Virus record (IMG/VR): IMGVR_UViG_3300021375_000010
Direction: 5' to 3' (one strand)
From: an uncultured virus (IMG/VR IMGVR_UViG_3300021375_000010)
Taxonomy: Duplodnaviria > Heunggongvirae > Uroviricota > Caudoviricetes
Length of the DNA stretch: 20,000 nucleotides
Of the stretch, positions 1-9,369 are shown piece by piece. The stretch's first letter is position 1. Each line of letters opens with the position of its first letter. The notes beneath the pieces are model-generated. The model worked only from the letters and a program-made list of their open reading frames with translations, had not been told where the DNA came from and did not search any database. Both the position numbers and the translations under genes were made by a program.

Positions 1-1146
1 AACGATAGTAAGATTGTAGCAGCTGCAACGTCATCATCATCCATTCGTGGATTGTCAATTAACCTACTATACCTAGATGAGTTTGCATTCGTAGACGATG
101 CAGAGACATTCTATACTGCAACATATCCCGTTGTGACCTCGGGTAAGGATTCAAAGGTTATTATCACATCTACTGCAAATGGTGTGGGTAATATGTTCCA
201 CAAGATATACGAATCTGCAATACATGAACAATCTGAGTATAAATCATTCACAATCAACTGGTATGATGTGCCAGGCAGAGACGAAGAATGGAAGAAAGAA
301 ACTATTGCAAACACTTCAGAAGCACAATTCGAACAAGAGTACGGTAACAGTTTCTTAGGAACAGGTAATACACTTATCAATTCTAATACACTACTAGGTC
401 TAAAAGCATGGGATGCTGAGTGGTACAAGGATGGTTTTAGTGTGTATCAAAAACCTGTTGAAGACCACACCTATATATGTACAGTAGATGTTGCAAAAGG
501 CAGAGGAATGGATTTCTCTACCATGACTATATTTGATGTGAGTACAGACCCATTCACACAAGTTGCAACGTATCGGGATAGTATGATATCACCTATGTTA
601 TTTCCCGATATTATAAATAAGTATGCAACAGCATACAACACTGCATTAGTTATAATAGAAAACAATGCAGAAGGGTCTATGGTAGCAAGTCAGTTACACT
701 ATGATATAGAATACGACAATGTATTCACACAGGGGATGACTAAAGCTGAAGATATTGGTGTTACCATGACCAAAAAAATTAAAAGAATCGGATGTTCTAC
801 ACTAAAAGAGATATTAGAGGAGAACCGATTAAATTTGATTGACAGAAGCACGATTACCGAGCTTATGACTTTCATAAATAAAGGGATGTCTTTTGAAGCA
901 GATAGAGGATATCACGATGATATGGTTATGAATTGCGTATTATTTTCTTGGTTTATTACAACTGATTATTTTACTCACCTCACAAACCATCAAGTTAAAA
1001 ATCTCTTATACTCAGAGCAACAAAGAGTCATTGAAGATGATATGTTACCAGCTGGAATATTTGGGGGTGACCCATATACAGAGGGCAGTTTTGTAGATGA
1101 GGGTGGAGATAGATGGTTCTTTGAAGCCGAAAGGAACAATCCTTAA
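1..1146 (+). CDS. gp17: Terminase large subunit, 5'-truncated by the window edge
   Basis: Frame is open from base 1 (NDSKIVAAATSSSSIRGLSINLLYLDEFAF), so the TTG at 52 is not the true start. It has Walker B YLDEFAF, coupling motif ITSTANG and RNase H-like nuclease motifs TVDVAKG and HDDMVM. It lies directly upstream of the tail sheath gene. Confidence 0.97.
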   Translation, partial: NDSKIVAAATSSSSIRGLSINLLYLDEFAFVDDAETFYTATYPVVTSGKDSKVIITSTANGVGNMFHKIYESAIHEQSEYKSFTINWYDVPGRDEEWKKETIANTSEAQFEQEYGNSFLGTGNTLINSNTLLGLKAWDAEWYKDGFSVYQKPVEDHTYICTVDVAKGRGMDFSTMTIFDVSTDPFTQVATYRDSMISPMLFPDIINKYATAYNTALVIIENNAEGSMVASQLHYDIEYDNVFTQGMTKAEDIGVTMTKKIKRIGCSTLKEILEENRLNLIDRSTITELMTFINKGMSFEADRGYHDDMVMNCVLFSWFITTDYFTHLTNHQVKNLLYSEQQRVIEDDMLPAGIFGGDPYTEGSFVDEGGDRWFFEAERNNP

Positions 1147-1168
1147 GAATTCTTAGAATCTTTAAAGT

Positions 1169-1176
1169 TATAAATA
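1169..1176 (+). promoter_or_regulatory. T4-type late promoter (TATAAATA) for gp18-gp19
   Basis: Exact TATAAATA in the gp17-gp18 intergenic region, followed by RBS CAGGAG before ATG 1219. Confidence 0.88.
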
Positions 1177-1218
1177 TATCAAGTAAAACAAAACTTTTTA
1201 CATTAACAGGAGAAAAGT

Positions 1219-3192
1219 ATGGCATTTCAAGTATCACCAGGCGTACAGGTCAAGGAAGTTGACCTTACAAATGTTGTGCCCGCAGTATCATCTACAGTAG
1301 GTGCATACGCTGGTTCATTTCAATGGGGCCCTGTTGATGAAGTAGTAACAGTTTCAGACTCAAACGGTTTAATAGAATCTTTCTTCACACCTGCTAACAC
1401 AGATGCTGGTGCAGAAGATTTCTATACTGCTGAGTCATTTCTGAAATATGGTTCATCACTAAGAGTAGTTAGGATTAATACCACAGGTATGTCTAACGCA
1501 AACGCTGCCAATACGGCAAGTAAACTTCTGAAAGGTTCAGAAGACTATGCATCAACATATGAAGGTGGTGCAGGCGGTGTTGGTTCATTTATTGCTAGGT
1601 GCCCAGGCGCTTTAGGTAATAATATAGACGTACACGTATGTGCAACAAGTGATGCATATTTCAAAGGTTCTGCATCTCTCGTAGATAATGTCAGTGGTTA
1701 CGCCGCCGGCGCTACTGTGGTTGCTGTAGACGCTGGAGCTAATTTCCTAGTCAGAGACATTATTACTTTCTCAGGTCACTCAACACAATACAGAATTACC
1801 GCAATCAACACTAACGCTTTAACTATCGAATCAATCGGACAACCAGTTAAAGGTGGTCTAACAACTGCAATTGCAGATAACATTGCAGTCGATAGATATT
1901 GGGAACACTACGCTTTATTTGATAAAGCACCAGGCTCATCAGCTGCTGCCGTTAACGGTGGTATTGCGAATGATGAGATGCACGTAGTTGTTGTCGACAG
2001 AACAGGCGTAATCACAGGAACACCACAGACAGTATTAGAAACATACGGTTTCGTGTCTAAGTGTTCAGATGCTAAAGATTCAGGCGGTCAATTAAACTAT
2101 TACAGAAACGTAATCGCACAAAAATCAGATTGGATTTGGTGGTCAGGTCACGGAACTTCACACGCAGCTGCAAGTACACACTACACTATTGCAGATATTG
2201 CTGGTGGTTCTGCTTTCCCAACACCTGCTTTACCAGTAAAATCAGTTCTTTCAAACGGAAACGATGGTAGTTTACCTACTGCTGGACAAAAGAGTGCTGC
2301 TTACACTGATAACTTCAGTGATGCAGATTCAATAGATGTTTCATTCATGATAGTAGGTTCAACAAGAACACAAGGTTCAGATTCAGTTACAGACCATAAT
2401 ACAATCGTCAATCAGTTAATTCTTGATTGTGAATTGAGAAAAGATTGTATGGTCATTGCATCACCTAGAAGAACTTCAGTAGTTAACGTTTCTTCAGAAT
2501 CATTACAAACAACTAACGTTCTTGCTGATTTCGCTTCAGTAACATCTTCATCATATGCTTCATTCGACAGTGGATGGGTATACCAGTATGATAGATTCAA
2601 CGACAGATATGTATGGGTGCCAGGCAACGGACATACAACAGGTATTATGGTAAGGTCAGACTTACTAAGAGACCCATGGTTCTCACCTGCTGGATTCTCA
2701 AGAGGTCAATACTTAGGTATTACTAAACTTGCTTACAACCCTAAAAAGGCATCTAGAGATGACCTTTATAGACAAAGAGTTAACCCGATTGTAACTTTTG
2801 CTGGACAAGGAACCGTATTATTCGGTGACAAGACTGCTTTAAGTTCGCCTTCTGCATTCGATAGAATCAACGTAAGAAGATTGTTTATCATATTAGAAAA
2901 GGCAATCGCAATTGCTGCTAAGTCTCAGTTGTTCGAATTCAACGATGCATTTACACGTGCTCAGTTTAGGGCTGCGGTAGAACCATTCTTAAGAGACGTT
3001 AAAAATAGACGTGGTCTAACAGACTTCTCAGTAGTTTGTGACGAATCAAATAACACAGACACAGTAATTGACAGAAATGAATTTGTATGTTCTATATTTG
3101 TCAAACCTGCTAGGTCGATTAACTTTATTACTCTCAACTTTGTTGCTGCCAGAAGTGGTGTCGACTTTGAAGAGATTTACAGTGCAGTTTAA
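1219..3192 (+). CDS. gp18: Tail sheath protein
   Basis: N-terminus MAFQVSPGVQVKEVDLT, FQWGP, PWFSPAG..RG, and C-terminal GDKT, FDRINVRRLF, FEFND, KPARSINFITLNF; 657 aa. Confidence 0.98.
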   Translation: MAFQVSPGVQVKEVDLTNVVPAVSSTVGAYAGSFQWGPVDEVVTVSDSNGLIESFFTPANTDAGAEDFYTAESFLKYGSSLRVVRINTTGMSNANAANTASKLLKGSEDYASTYEGGAGGVGSFIARCPGALGNNIDVHVCATSDAYFKGSASLVDNVSGYAAGATVVAVDAGANFLVRDIITFSGHSTQYRITAINTNALTIESIGQPVKGGLTTAIADNIAVDRYWEHYALFDKAPGSSAAAVNGGIANDEMHVVVVDRTGVITGTPQTVLETYGFVSKCSDAKDSGGQLNYYRNVIAQKSDWIWWSGHGTSHAAASTHYTIADIAGGSAFPTPALPVKSVLSNGNDGSLPTAGQKSAAYTDNFSDADSIDVSFMIVGSTRTQGSDSVTDHNTIVNQLILDCELRKDCMVIASPRRTSVVNVSSESLQTTNVLADFASVTSSSYASFDSGWVYQYDRFNDRYVWVPGNGHTTGIMVRSDLLRDPWFSPAGFSRGQYLGITKLAYNPKKASRDDLYRQRVNPIVTFAGQGTVLFGDKTALSSPSAFDRINVRRLFIILEKAIAIAAKSQLFEFNDAFTRAQFRAAVEPFLRDVKNRRGLTDFSVVCDESNNTDTVIDRNEFVCSIFVKPARSINFITLNFVAARSGVDFEEIYSAV

Positions 3193-3205
3193 TAGGAGTA
3201 TATAA

Positions 3206-3703
3206 ATGGCAACAATAGACCAATTTAAAGCAAACCTAATCGGCGGTGGCCCAAGAGCTAACCGATTTAGAGTGTTTGTACCTCGTGCTGGTCAGAGATT
3301 AGAATTCTTGTGTACCGCAACTAAAATACCTGAGAGTACAATTAATACTATTAGTGTACCTTTCAGAGGTCAAAATTTGAAACTTGCTGGTGATAGAACA
3401 TTCGCTGACTGGTCAATTACGGTTATCAATGACCTAGACTTTTCAACAAGAACTGCTCTCGAAGCATGGTCAAATGACATTGCATCTTTATCAACAACAG
3501 AAGCTGCAACTGATACAGACTACTTGCTATCACGTGCATTTGTAGAACAATTACACAAAGATGACTCCGTCCTTGCGAGATATGAATTCTTCAACATGTT
3601 CCCAACATCAATCGGTGAAATTGCACTATCAAGTGCAGAAGCATCTGAAGTTGAGACATTTGAGGTAGGATTCACTTATTCTCACTGGGAAAGAGTTCTT
3701 TAA
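3206..3703 (+). CDS. gp19: Tail tube protein
   Basis: GGGPRANRF, VPFRG..LKLAGDRTFADWSITVIND, FPTSIGEI; follows gp18; RBS AGGAG. Confidence 0.96.
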   Translation: MATIDQFKANLIGGGPRANRFRVFVPRAGQRLEFLCTATKIPESTINTISVPFRGQNLKLAGDRTFADWSITVINDLDFSTRTALEAWSNDIASLSTTEAATDTDYLLSRAFVEQLHKDDSVLARYEFFNMFPTSIGEIALSSAEASEVETFEVGFTYSHWERVL

Positions 3704-3735
3704 TAAAACAGTGAAAAACTACCACATATTGGTGG

Positions 3736-3743
3736 TATAAATA
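3736..3743 (+). promoter_or_regulatory. T4-type late promoter for gp20, 5 nt before the ATG
   Basis: Exact TATAAATA followed by TTAGT-ATG; overlapped by the dyad TACCAC-N6-GTGGTA (3720-3737). Confidence 0.85.
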
Positions 3744-3748
3744 TTAGT

Positions 3749-5284
3749 ATGGATATATTTGGGTTTGAAATTACTCGTAAGAAAGACGAGTTAAGAGTCA
3801 AAGAGGCACCAAACGCTAAGTCGTTTGTACCTTCTCTAGAGGATGACGGTACCCCCGTCATTCAACAACAGAGTGGGTTCATTACAGGCGGAGCTTATGG
3901 TGCTTATGTTGACATGGAAGGCGGCATTAAGAATGAGGCAGAACTCATTCGAAGATATCGTGAAACATCTTTGGTGCCAGAATGTGATTCTGCAATCGAA
4001 GATATTATTAATGAGTGTATCACGTCTGATAGTTCAGATAGAATCGTGACGCTCGACCTCAGAGATGTAAAACTCTCTGAAAGCATCAAGAAAAAGGTGC
4101 AAGACGAGTTTAGTCACATCTTATCTCTAATGAAGTTCAATCAGAACTCTCATGAATTATTCAGAAAATGGTACGTAGATGGAAGAATATACTTCCATAA
4201 AGTCGTTGATGGCAAGAGACCCAAACTTGGTATTGTTGACGTAAGAAATGTTGACCCTCTTAAAATTAAGAAGGTTAGAAACGTAGAAAAAGAAAAGGAC
4301 AAGAAGACAGGAATAGACCAAATCAAGAAGATTGAGGAGTTCTATGTCTTCAATGATAAGGGTTTTGATAAATCCTCATCACAAGAAGGACATGTTGTAA
4401 AGATTGCACCTGAAGCAGTGACATACACTACTTCGGGATTATTAGATTACACTAAGAATGTTGTAATCGGTTATTTGCATAAAGCATTGAAGACTGCAAA
4501 TCAGTTATCAATGATGGAGGATGCACTTGTTATATACCGTATATCAAGGGCTCCCGAGAGAAGAATATTCTACATTGACGTAGGTAACCTTCCTAAAGCA
4601 AAAGCAGAACAGTACCTTGCAGAGGTAATGAACAAGTATAAAAATAAACTTGTTTACAATGCAGACACTGGTGAAATCAAAGATGACAGAAAACATATGA
4701 GTATGTTGGAAGATTTTTGGTTACCAAGAAGAGAGGGCGGAAGAGGAACAGAAATTAGTACACTTCCTGGCGGTCAGAACCTTGCTGACATAGATGATAT
4801 AGAATACTTCAAGAAGAAACTATATCAGTCACTAAACGTACCGTCAACTAGAATGGAAGCAGATAATGGATTCAATATGGGTCGTGCTTCAGAAATTTCT
4901 AGAGATGAACTTAAGTTTAATAAGTTTACAAACAGATTGCAGAAGAAATTTGCTAGGGTGTTTGTAGATATGTTGAGAACACAATTAGTTCTCAAAGAAA
5001 TAATGACAGTGGAAGAGTTCGATAAGAACAAAGACTTTCTACAATTTGATTTTGCAACGGACAACCACTTTACAGAGTTGAAAGATGCAGAGATTATAAG
5101 AGAAAGACTTGATACACTAAGTCAGGCTTCAGAGTATGTTGGTAAGTATTACTCAGACGAATATGTCAGAAAGTATATACTAAGACAAACTGAAGAAGAA
5201 ATAAAGGTCATTGATGCTCAAATCAAATCCGAAGGTGGAAGTGATGACGGCGAAGATGACGAAGATAATTTTGGAGGCTTTTAA
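3749..5284 (+). CDS. gp20: Portal vertex protein
   Basis: WYVDGR, YRISRAPERRIFYIDVGNLPK.KAEQY, EDFWLPRREGGRGTEISTLPGGQNL, ISRDELKF; 511 aa. Confidence 0.98.
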   Translation: MDIFGFEITRKKDELRVKEAPNAKSFVPSLEDDGTPVIQQQSGFITGGAYGAYVDMEGGIKNEAELIRRYRETSLVPECDSAIEDIINECITSDSSDRIVTLDLRDVKLSESIKKKVQDEFSHILSLMKFNQNSHELFRKWYVDGRIYFHKVVDGKRPKLGIVDVRNVDPLKIKKVRNVEKEKDKKTGIDQIKKIEEFYVFNDKGFDKSSSQEGHVVKIAPEAVTYTTSGLLDYTKNVVIGYLHKALKTANQLSMMEDALVIYRISRAPERRIFYIDVGNLPKAKAEQYLAEVMNKYKNKLVYNADTGEIKDDRKHMSMLEDFWLPRREGGRGTEISTLPGGQNLADIDDIEYFKKKLYQSLNVPSTRMEADNGFNMGRASEISRDELKFNKFTNRLQKKFARVFVDMLRTQLVLKEIMTVEEFDKNKDFLQFDFATDNHFTELKDAEIIRERLDTLSQASEYVGKYYSDEYVRKYILRQTEEEIKVIDAQIKSEGGSDDGEDDEDNFGGF

Positions 5285-5287
5285 TAA

Positions 5288-5452
5288 ATGAGCGAAATAG
5301 CGAAAACAATCGTAGACCAAATACAAGATGGTCAGTTACAGGATGCAAAGGATTCTATCAATGATGGAATCAAACAAAAAGCTGCAGAAGTTGTGGACAT
5401 GAAACGTGTAGAGATGCAAGTTGATTGGATGTCACAACCACAGGAAGGTTAG
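5288..5452 (+). CDS. Small prohead core protein, gp67-like (54 aa, missing from the ORF track)
   Basis: My translation is MSEIAKTIVDQIQDGQLQDAKDSINDGIKQKAAEVVDMKRVEMQVDWMSQPQEG*. It has RBS GGAGG upstream and fills the gp67 position between gp20 and gp21. Confidence 0.75.
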   Translation: MSEIAKTIVDQIQDGQLQDAKDSINDGIKQKAAEVVDMKRVEMQVDWMSQPQEG

Positions 5453-5453
5453 T

Positions 5454-5753
5454 ATGAAAACCTTTTCATCAATCTCTAACGAGTTGAGGGAAGCGAAGTA
5501 CACCATTCCTGCTGGATTCTTTCCTATGAGAAGGAATACATTGAGATTTTGTGGAGAGTCAGTTGATGTGGCATTTGTTGTCAGAAAAGGACTCACACAT
5601 ATAGTTTTAAACGGCAACGTCTTAGAGGAGTCCTACGAAGACCTCAAGGTGGCTGAGAGAGAATTTAAACTTATCCGACATATGATGGAAGAGATGGTGA
5701 AAGAGGATATACCTTTTGGAGAAATTATAAATGAAATTAATATCAGAGTTTAA
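5454..5753 (+). CDS. Hypothetical head-associated protein at the gp68 position (99 aa)
   Basis: ATG 5454 is 1 nt after the upstream stop and has GGAAGG upstream, so it is preferred over TTG 5421. The N-terminus MKTFSSISNELRE resembles prohead-protease-processed leaders. It overlaps the gp21 start. Confidence 0.65.
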   Translation: MKTFSSISNELREAKYTIPAGFFPMRRNTLRFCGESVDVAFVVRKGLTHIVLNGNVLEESYEDLKVAEREFKLIRHMMEEMVKEDIPFGEIINEINIRV

Positions 5754-6384
5754 TGATTACAGTGTAACCCCTGTTATTATAGAACAGAACGAAAAGGGTG
5801 AGAAAGAATACTTTATTGAAGGTATTTTTATGCAATCTGAAATCAAAAACAGAAATGGTAGAGTATATCCTAAAGAAGTAATGCAAAAAGAAGTTAACCG
5901 TTACGTTAAGGAATTTGTTGCCAAGGATAGGGCATTCGGTGAGTTAGGACATCCCGAAGGGCCAACAATTAATTTAGACAAAGTGTCACACATGATTACA
6001 TCTTTAGAAGAAGATGGAAATAATTACGTGGGACGTGCAAAGATTTTAAGTACACCAAACGGTCAGATAGTAAGAAGTCTTATCAGTGACGGTGCTAAGT
6101 TGGGTGTTTCATCAAGAGGTTTGGGTTCGCTCGAACAGAAGGGTGGCGCTCAATACGTAAAAGACGATTTCCAACTTGCAACGGCAGGTGATATCGTTGC
6201 AGACCCATCCGCTCCCGAAGCTTTCGTTGAAGGTATTTATGAAGGGGTAGAATGGGTAATGGAGAATGGTATATTGAAGGCAGTAGATATGGAAAGGATG
6301 CAAAATGAGTTAAAGACTGCATCACTAAATAATCTTGAAGAAACCAAACTTAATCTATGGAAAAAGTTTGTTAAAAACCTATAA
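5731..6384 (+). CDS. gp21: Prohead core protease
   Basis: IEGIFMQSE.KNRNGRVYP, GELGHP (catalytic His), GVSSRGLGS (catalytic Ser), DIVADPSAP.AFV. Confidence 0.97.
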   Translation: MKLISEFNDYSVTPVIIEQNEKGEKEYFIEGIFMQSEIKNRNGRVYPKEVMQKEVNRYVKEFVAKDRAFGELGHPEGPTINLDKVSHMITSLEEDGNNYVGRAKILSTPNGQIVRSLISDGAKLGVSSRGLGSLEQKGGAQYVKDDFQLATAGDIVADPSAPEAFVEGIYEGVEWVMENGILKAVDMERMQNELKTASLNNLEETKLNLWKKFVKNL

Positions 6385-6386
6385 TA

Positions 6387-6394
6387 TATAAATA
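6387..6394 (+). promoter_or_regulatory. T4-type late promoter for gp22-gp23
   Basis: Exact TATAAATA in the intergenic region; RBS CAGGAG before ATG 6423. Confidence 0.88.
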
Positions 6395-6422
6395 AAAAAG
6401 TAAACTCAAACAGGAGATAAAC

Positions 6423-7757
6423 ATGGCAGAGTTAGAAAATAACCTAGAAACAGTCTTAGAGGCAGGTCAGCCTGACGCTAAAGCTGAGAAGGGAGATTCA
6501 AAACCAGTCAAACAAGGTTCATCTGATGCCGAATCAATCGAGGCAGGCAAAGTTGAAGTCGTTAAACCTGAAGAAAATCCTGTTGACAAAGCAGTTGACT
6601 CAGTAAAGAAGGCGGAAAATGTTAAGGCAGTCAGTGGTGACGCCCCACAAAAGAATGCTAGTAAAGCTGATAGTCAACCTAAATTGCAAAAAGTTAAAGA
6701 AGAAGAAGAGTCAGAAGAGTCTACTCCTTCTAAAATGGAATCAATAAAAGCTATCGTCAACACTATGAAGGAAATGACAAAGGAAGAACTTCAAACAGTC
6801 TGTAGTGGATTGACAGAAGAAGAAGTTGACGAAAGTTTGACAAAAGCAGAACAAGCTAGAAAGATTGTTGATACTTTAAAAGGTATGGACGAAGAGTCGG
6901 TCGCTGAAGTTTATGGCAAGATGAAGAAGAAAGAAGAAGTAGAAGAAGAAGTCGCTGAAACAGAAGTTGAAGTTGACGAAGAAGTTTCTGCTGAACTAGA
7001 GTCTTCACTCGTTGAAATTGAAATAGATGACGACCTATCCGCAATTTCAGAAGCGCTAGAACTTTCTGAAGAAAATGCTGAGAAGGCAAAGACTATCTTT
7101 AAGGCTGCTGTAACTTCAAAAGTTGCAGAAATTAAAGAATCACTTGAGTCACAGTACTCAGAAGAATTACAAACCACAGTAGAAAAAGTTAAAGGTGACC
7201 TTGCGGAATCCGTAGACAAGTATCTAACATATGTTGCAGAAGAGTGGACGAAAGAAAATGAACTTGCAATTGAACGTGGTTTGAGGTCGGAAATGACTGA
7301 AAACTTTATTGAAGGTATGAAAACATTGTTCGTAGAACATTATGTTGACGTTCCTGAAGATAAGTATGATGTTATTGATGAACTCGCAAATCGTCTCGAT
7401 GAGATGGAACAAAAACTTGACGGTGAAGTAAATAGAAATATGGATGTCACTGAAGAGTTGGATACACTCAAAAGAGCAAACGTGATAAGAGAGGCCTGCG
7501 AAGACCTATCCGAATCACAAAAAGAGAAACTAGTTTCACTTGCAGAAGGAGTAGACTTTAAGACTGAAGAAGATTTCGCTGAGAAAGTTTCAGAAGTTAA
7601 GAATGCATACTTCCCTGTAGATGGTGAAAAACTAGTTGAAGATACTGTTGTTGAAGAAGGTACTGGTGTTATCTCTGAGGAATCAGACGAACCAAGACTT
7701 GCACCTGAAATCGCAACATATGCTAACGCATTATCTAAACTAAAACCATTAGGTTAA
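6423..7757 (+). CDS. gp22: Prohead core scaffold protein
   Basis: Very acidic and coiled-coil-like, with KAKTIFKAAV, VDKYLTYVAEEW..ENELAIERGLRSE and LFVEHYVDVPEDK; lies between gp21 and gp23. Confidence 0.95.
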   Translation: MAELENNLETVLEAGQPDAKAEKGDSKPVKQGSSDAESIEAGKVEVVKPEENPVDKAVDSVKKAENVKAVSGDAPQKNASKADSQPKLQKVKEEEESEESTPSKMESIKAIVNTMKEMTKEELQTVCSGLTEEEVDESLTKAEQARKIVDTLKGMDEESVAEVYGKMKKKEEVEEEVAETEVEVDEEVSAELESSLVEIEIDDDLSAISEALELSEENAEKAKTIFKAAVTSKVAEIKESLESQYSEELQTTVEKVKGDLAESVDKYLTYVAEEWTKENELAIERGLRSEMTENFIEGMKTLFVEHYVDVPEDKYDVIDELANRLDEMEQKLDGEVNRNMDVTEELDTLKRANVIREACEDLSESQKEKLVSLAEGVDFKTEEDFAEKVSEVKNAYFPVDGEKLVEDTVVEEGTGVISEESDEPRLAPEIATYANALSKLKPLG

Positions 7758-7774
7758 TTTAAAGGAAAATAAAA

Positions 7775-9079
7775 ATGTTTCAATCAGAAAACTTACAAGA
7801 AAAGTGGGCGCCAATTCTAGAGCACTCCGATTTACCAAAAATCGAAGACAACTACAAGAAAGCGGTTACTGCAGTAATTCTTGAAAACCAAGAAAAGGCT
7901 CTTAAAGAAGATAGAGCAACTCTTGAAGAAGCTGCACCTTTAAATGCTACTGGGGCACCTATTTCTAACTGGGATCCGATTTTGATTTCATTAGTAAGAC
8001 GTGCTATGCCAAATCTCGTTGCTTACGACATTTGTGGCGTTCAACCAATGACTGGCCCAACTGGTCTGATTTTTGCTATGAAAGCAAGATATCATGACGA
8101 TGTAGACGCTGTTAGAACTGCAGAATCAGAAGCGCTTCACAACGAAGCAAGAACTGGTTACTCAGCAGCAGCACAAACTGCATCCACTTCAGTTGGTACA
8201 GACCATTCAGGCGACCCTTTCAACGGTTCATATGCTTCACAAACCTCTACTGGTATGTCAACAGCAAGTGCAGAAGCACTTGGTGATGCTGCTGGTAATC
8301 AGTTTGCTGAAATGTCATTCACTATTGAGAAGGCTACTGTAACTGCCAAATCCAGAGCATTAAAAGCTGAATATACACTAGAACTTGCACAAGACCTTAA
8401 AGCAATTCACGGTCTTGACGCTGAGTCAGAACTCGCTAACATCCTATCATCTGAAATCCTTGCTGAAATCAACAGGGAAGTAATCAGAAGCGTAAACAAC
8501 CAAGCAAAAACTGGTGCTCAAGGCACTGCTTCTGCTGGTACTTTCAACTTAGATGTTGACGCTAACGGTAGATGGTCAGTTGAAAAGTTCAAAGGTCTAT
8601 TGTTCCAAATCGAAAGAGAATCAAACTTCATCGCTAAAGATACAAGAAGAGGAAAAGGTAACTTTATCCTTTGTTCATCTGATGTTGCTTCTGCTCTTTC
8701 AATGGCAGGTGTATTAGATTACACTCCTGCTTTATCAACAAACTTGTCTGTAGACGATACTGGTAATACTTTTGCTGGTGTTCTAAACGGAAGAGTTAAA
8801 GTCTATATCGACCCTTATGCAAGTGCCGATTACATGACTGTTGGTTACAGAGGTTCAAATCCTTATGACGCTGGTATGTTCTATTGCCCATACGTTCCAT
8901 TACAAATGGTACGTGCTGTTGGTGAGAACACATTCCAACCAAAAATCGGATTTAAGACAAGATACGGTATGGTTTCAAACCCATTCGTTGACACAGGTAA
9001 CGTACAAGACAGAGATGGTCTTGCAACTGCTGGTCTTAACCAATACTACAGAAAAATGGCTGTTTCTAACATCCTATAA
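7775..9079 (+). CDS. gp23: Major capsid protein
   Basis: LVRRAMPNL.AYDICGVQPMTGPTGLIFAM, AKSRALKAEYTLELAQDLKAIHGLDAESEL, FYCPYVPL, FQPKIGFKTRYG. Confidence 0.99.
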   Translation: MFQSENLQEKWAPILEHSDLPKIEDNYKKAVTAVILENQEKALKEDRATLEEAAPLNATGAPISNWDPILISLVRRAMPNLVAYDICGVQPMTGPTGLIFAMKARYHDDVDAVRTAESEALHNEARTGYSAAAQTASTSVGTDHSGDPFNGSYASQTSTGMSTASAEALGDAAGNQFAEMSFTIEKATVTAKSRALKAEYTLELAQDLKAIHGLDAESELANILSSEILAEINREVIRSVNNQAKTGAQGTASAGTFNLDVDANGRWSVEKFKGLLFQIERESNFIAKDTRRGKGNFILCSSDVASALSMAGVLDYTPALSTNLSVDDTGNTFAGVLNGRVKVYIDPYASADYMTVGYRGSNPYDAGMFYCPYVPLQMVRAVGENTFQPKIGFKTRYGMVSNPFVDTGNVQDRDGLATAGLNQYYRKMAVSNIL

Positions 9080-9098
9080 ATCTGAAGTAATTGATTTT

Positions 9099-9127
9099 AA
9101 AAGGTCTCTTCGGAGACCTTTTTTTTT
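9099..9127 (+). terminator. Rho-independent terminator after gp23 with a cUUCGg tetraloop
   Basis: AAAAGGTCTC-TTCG-GAGACCTTTT perfect stem, with the T tract running to 9127. Confidence 0.95.
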
Positions 9128-9128
9128 A

Positions 9129-9136
9129 CCTAAATA
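9129..9136 (+). promoter_or_regulatory. Late promoter variant (CCTAAATA), 5 nt before ATG 9142
   Basis: TAAATA core immediately after the terminator, with the same N5-ATG geometry as at gp20. Confidence 0.65.
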
Positions 9137-9141
9137 TAAGT

Positions 9142-9369
9142 ATGGAAAATAAATATTATAAAGATGTGAAGGTTTTGGAAGGCCCATGGGAAAGAGGAAT
9201 CTTTGAAGACGGTGTTGAAAAAACACATCAAATACTCGCTAGACGAGTCGTGACGACATTCATAGCAGATGGATATCTGTGTGAAGAAGAAAAGACTAGA
9301 ACCTACAGAAATGATGGTGATTACCATGATACTACTGTTAACAAGAGGGTGATGAAGATAGATGACTGA
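9142..9369 (+). CDS. Hypothetical protein (75 aa)
   Basis: MENKYYKDVKVLEGPWERG...KRVMKIDD. ATG 9142 is preferred over TTG 9091, which would read through the terminator. The stop overlaps the gp3 start. Confidence 0.75.
   Translation: MENKYYKDVKVLEGPWERGIFEDGVEKTHQILARRVVTTFIADGYLCEEEKTRTYRNDGDYHDTTVNKRVMKIDD

Noticed and set aside
52..54. TTG start for a separate 364-aa terminase fragment (split gene)
   Set aside because: The frame is open back to base 1 with conserved gp17 sequence, so this is window truncation.
612..619. TATAAATA inside gp17
   Set aside because: It lies in coding sequence (I-I-N-K) with no convincing downstream start, and is expected by chance in AT-rich DNA.
1144..1155. 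12-bp palindrome TAAGAATTCTTA at the gp17 stop
   Set aside because: It is AT-rich, single-copy, has no loop and has no supporting context.
6690..7040. GAA-rich repeats resembling a tandem array
   Set aside because: They are explained by poly-Glu tracts in gp22, with no repeat-spacer structure.
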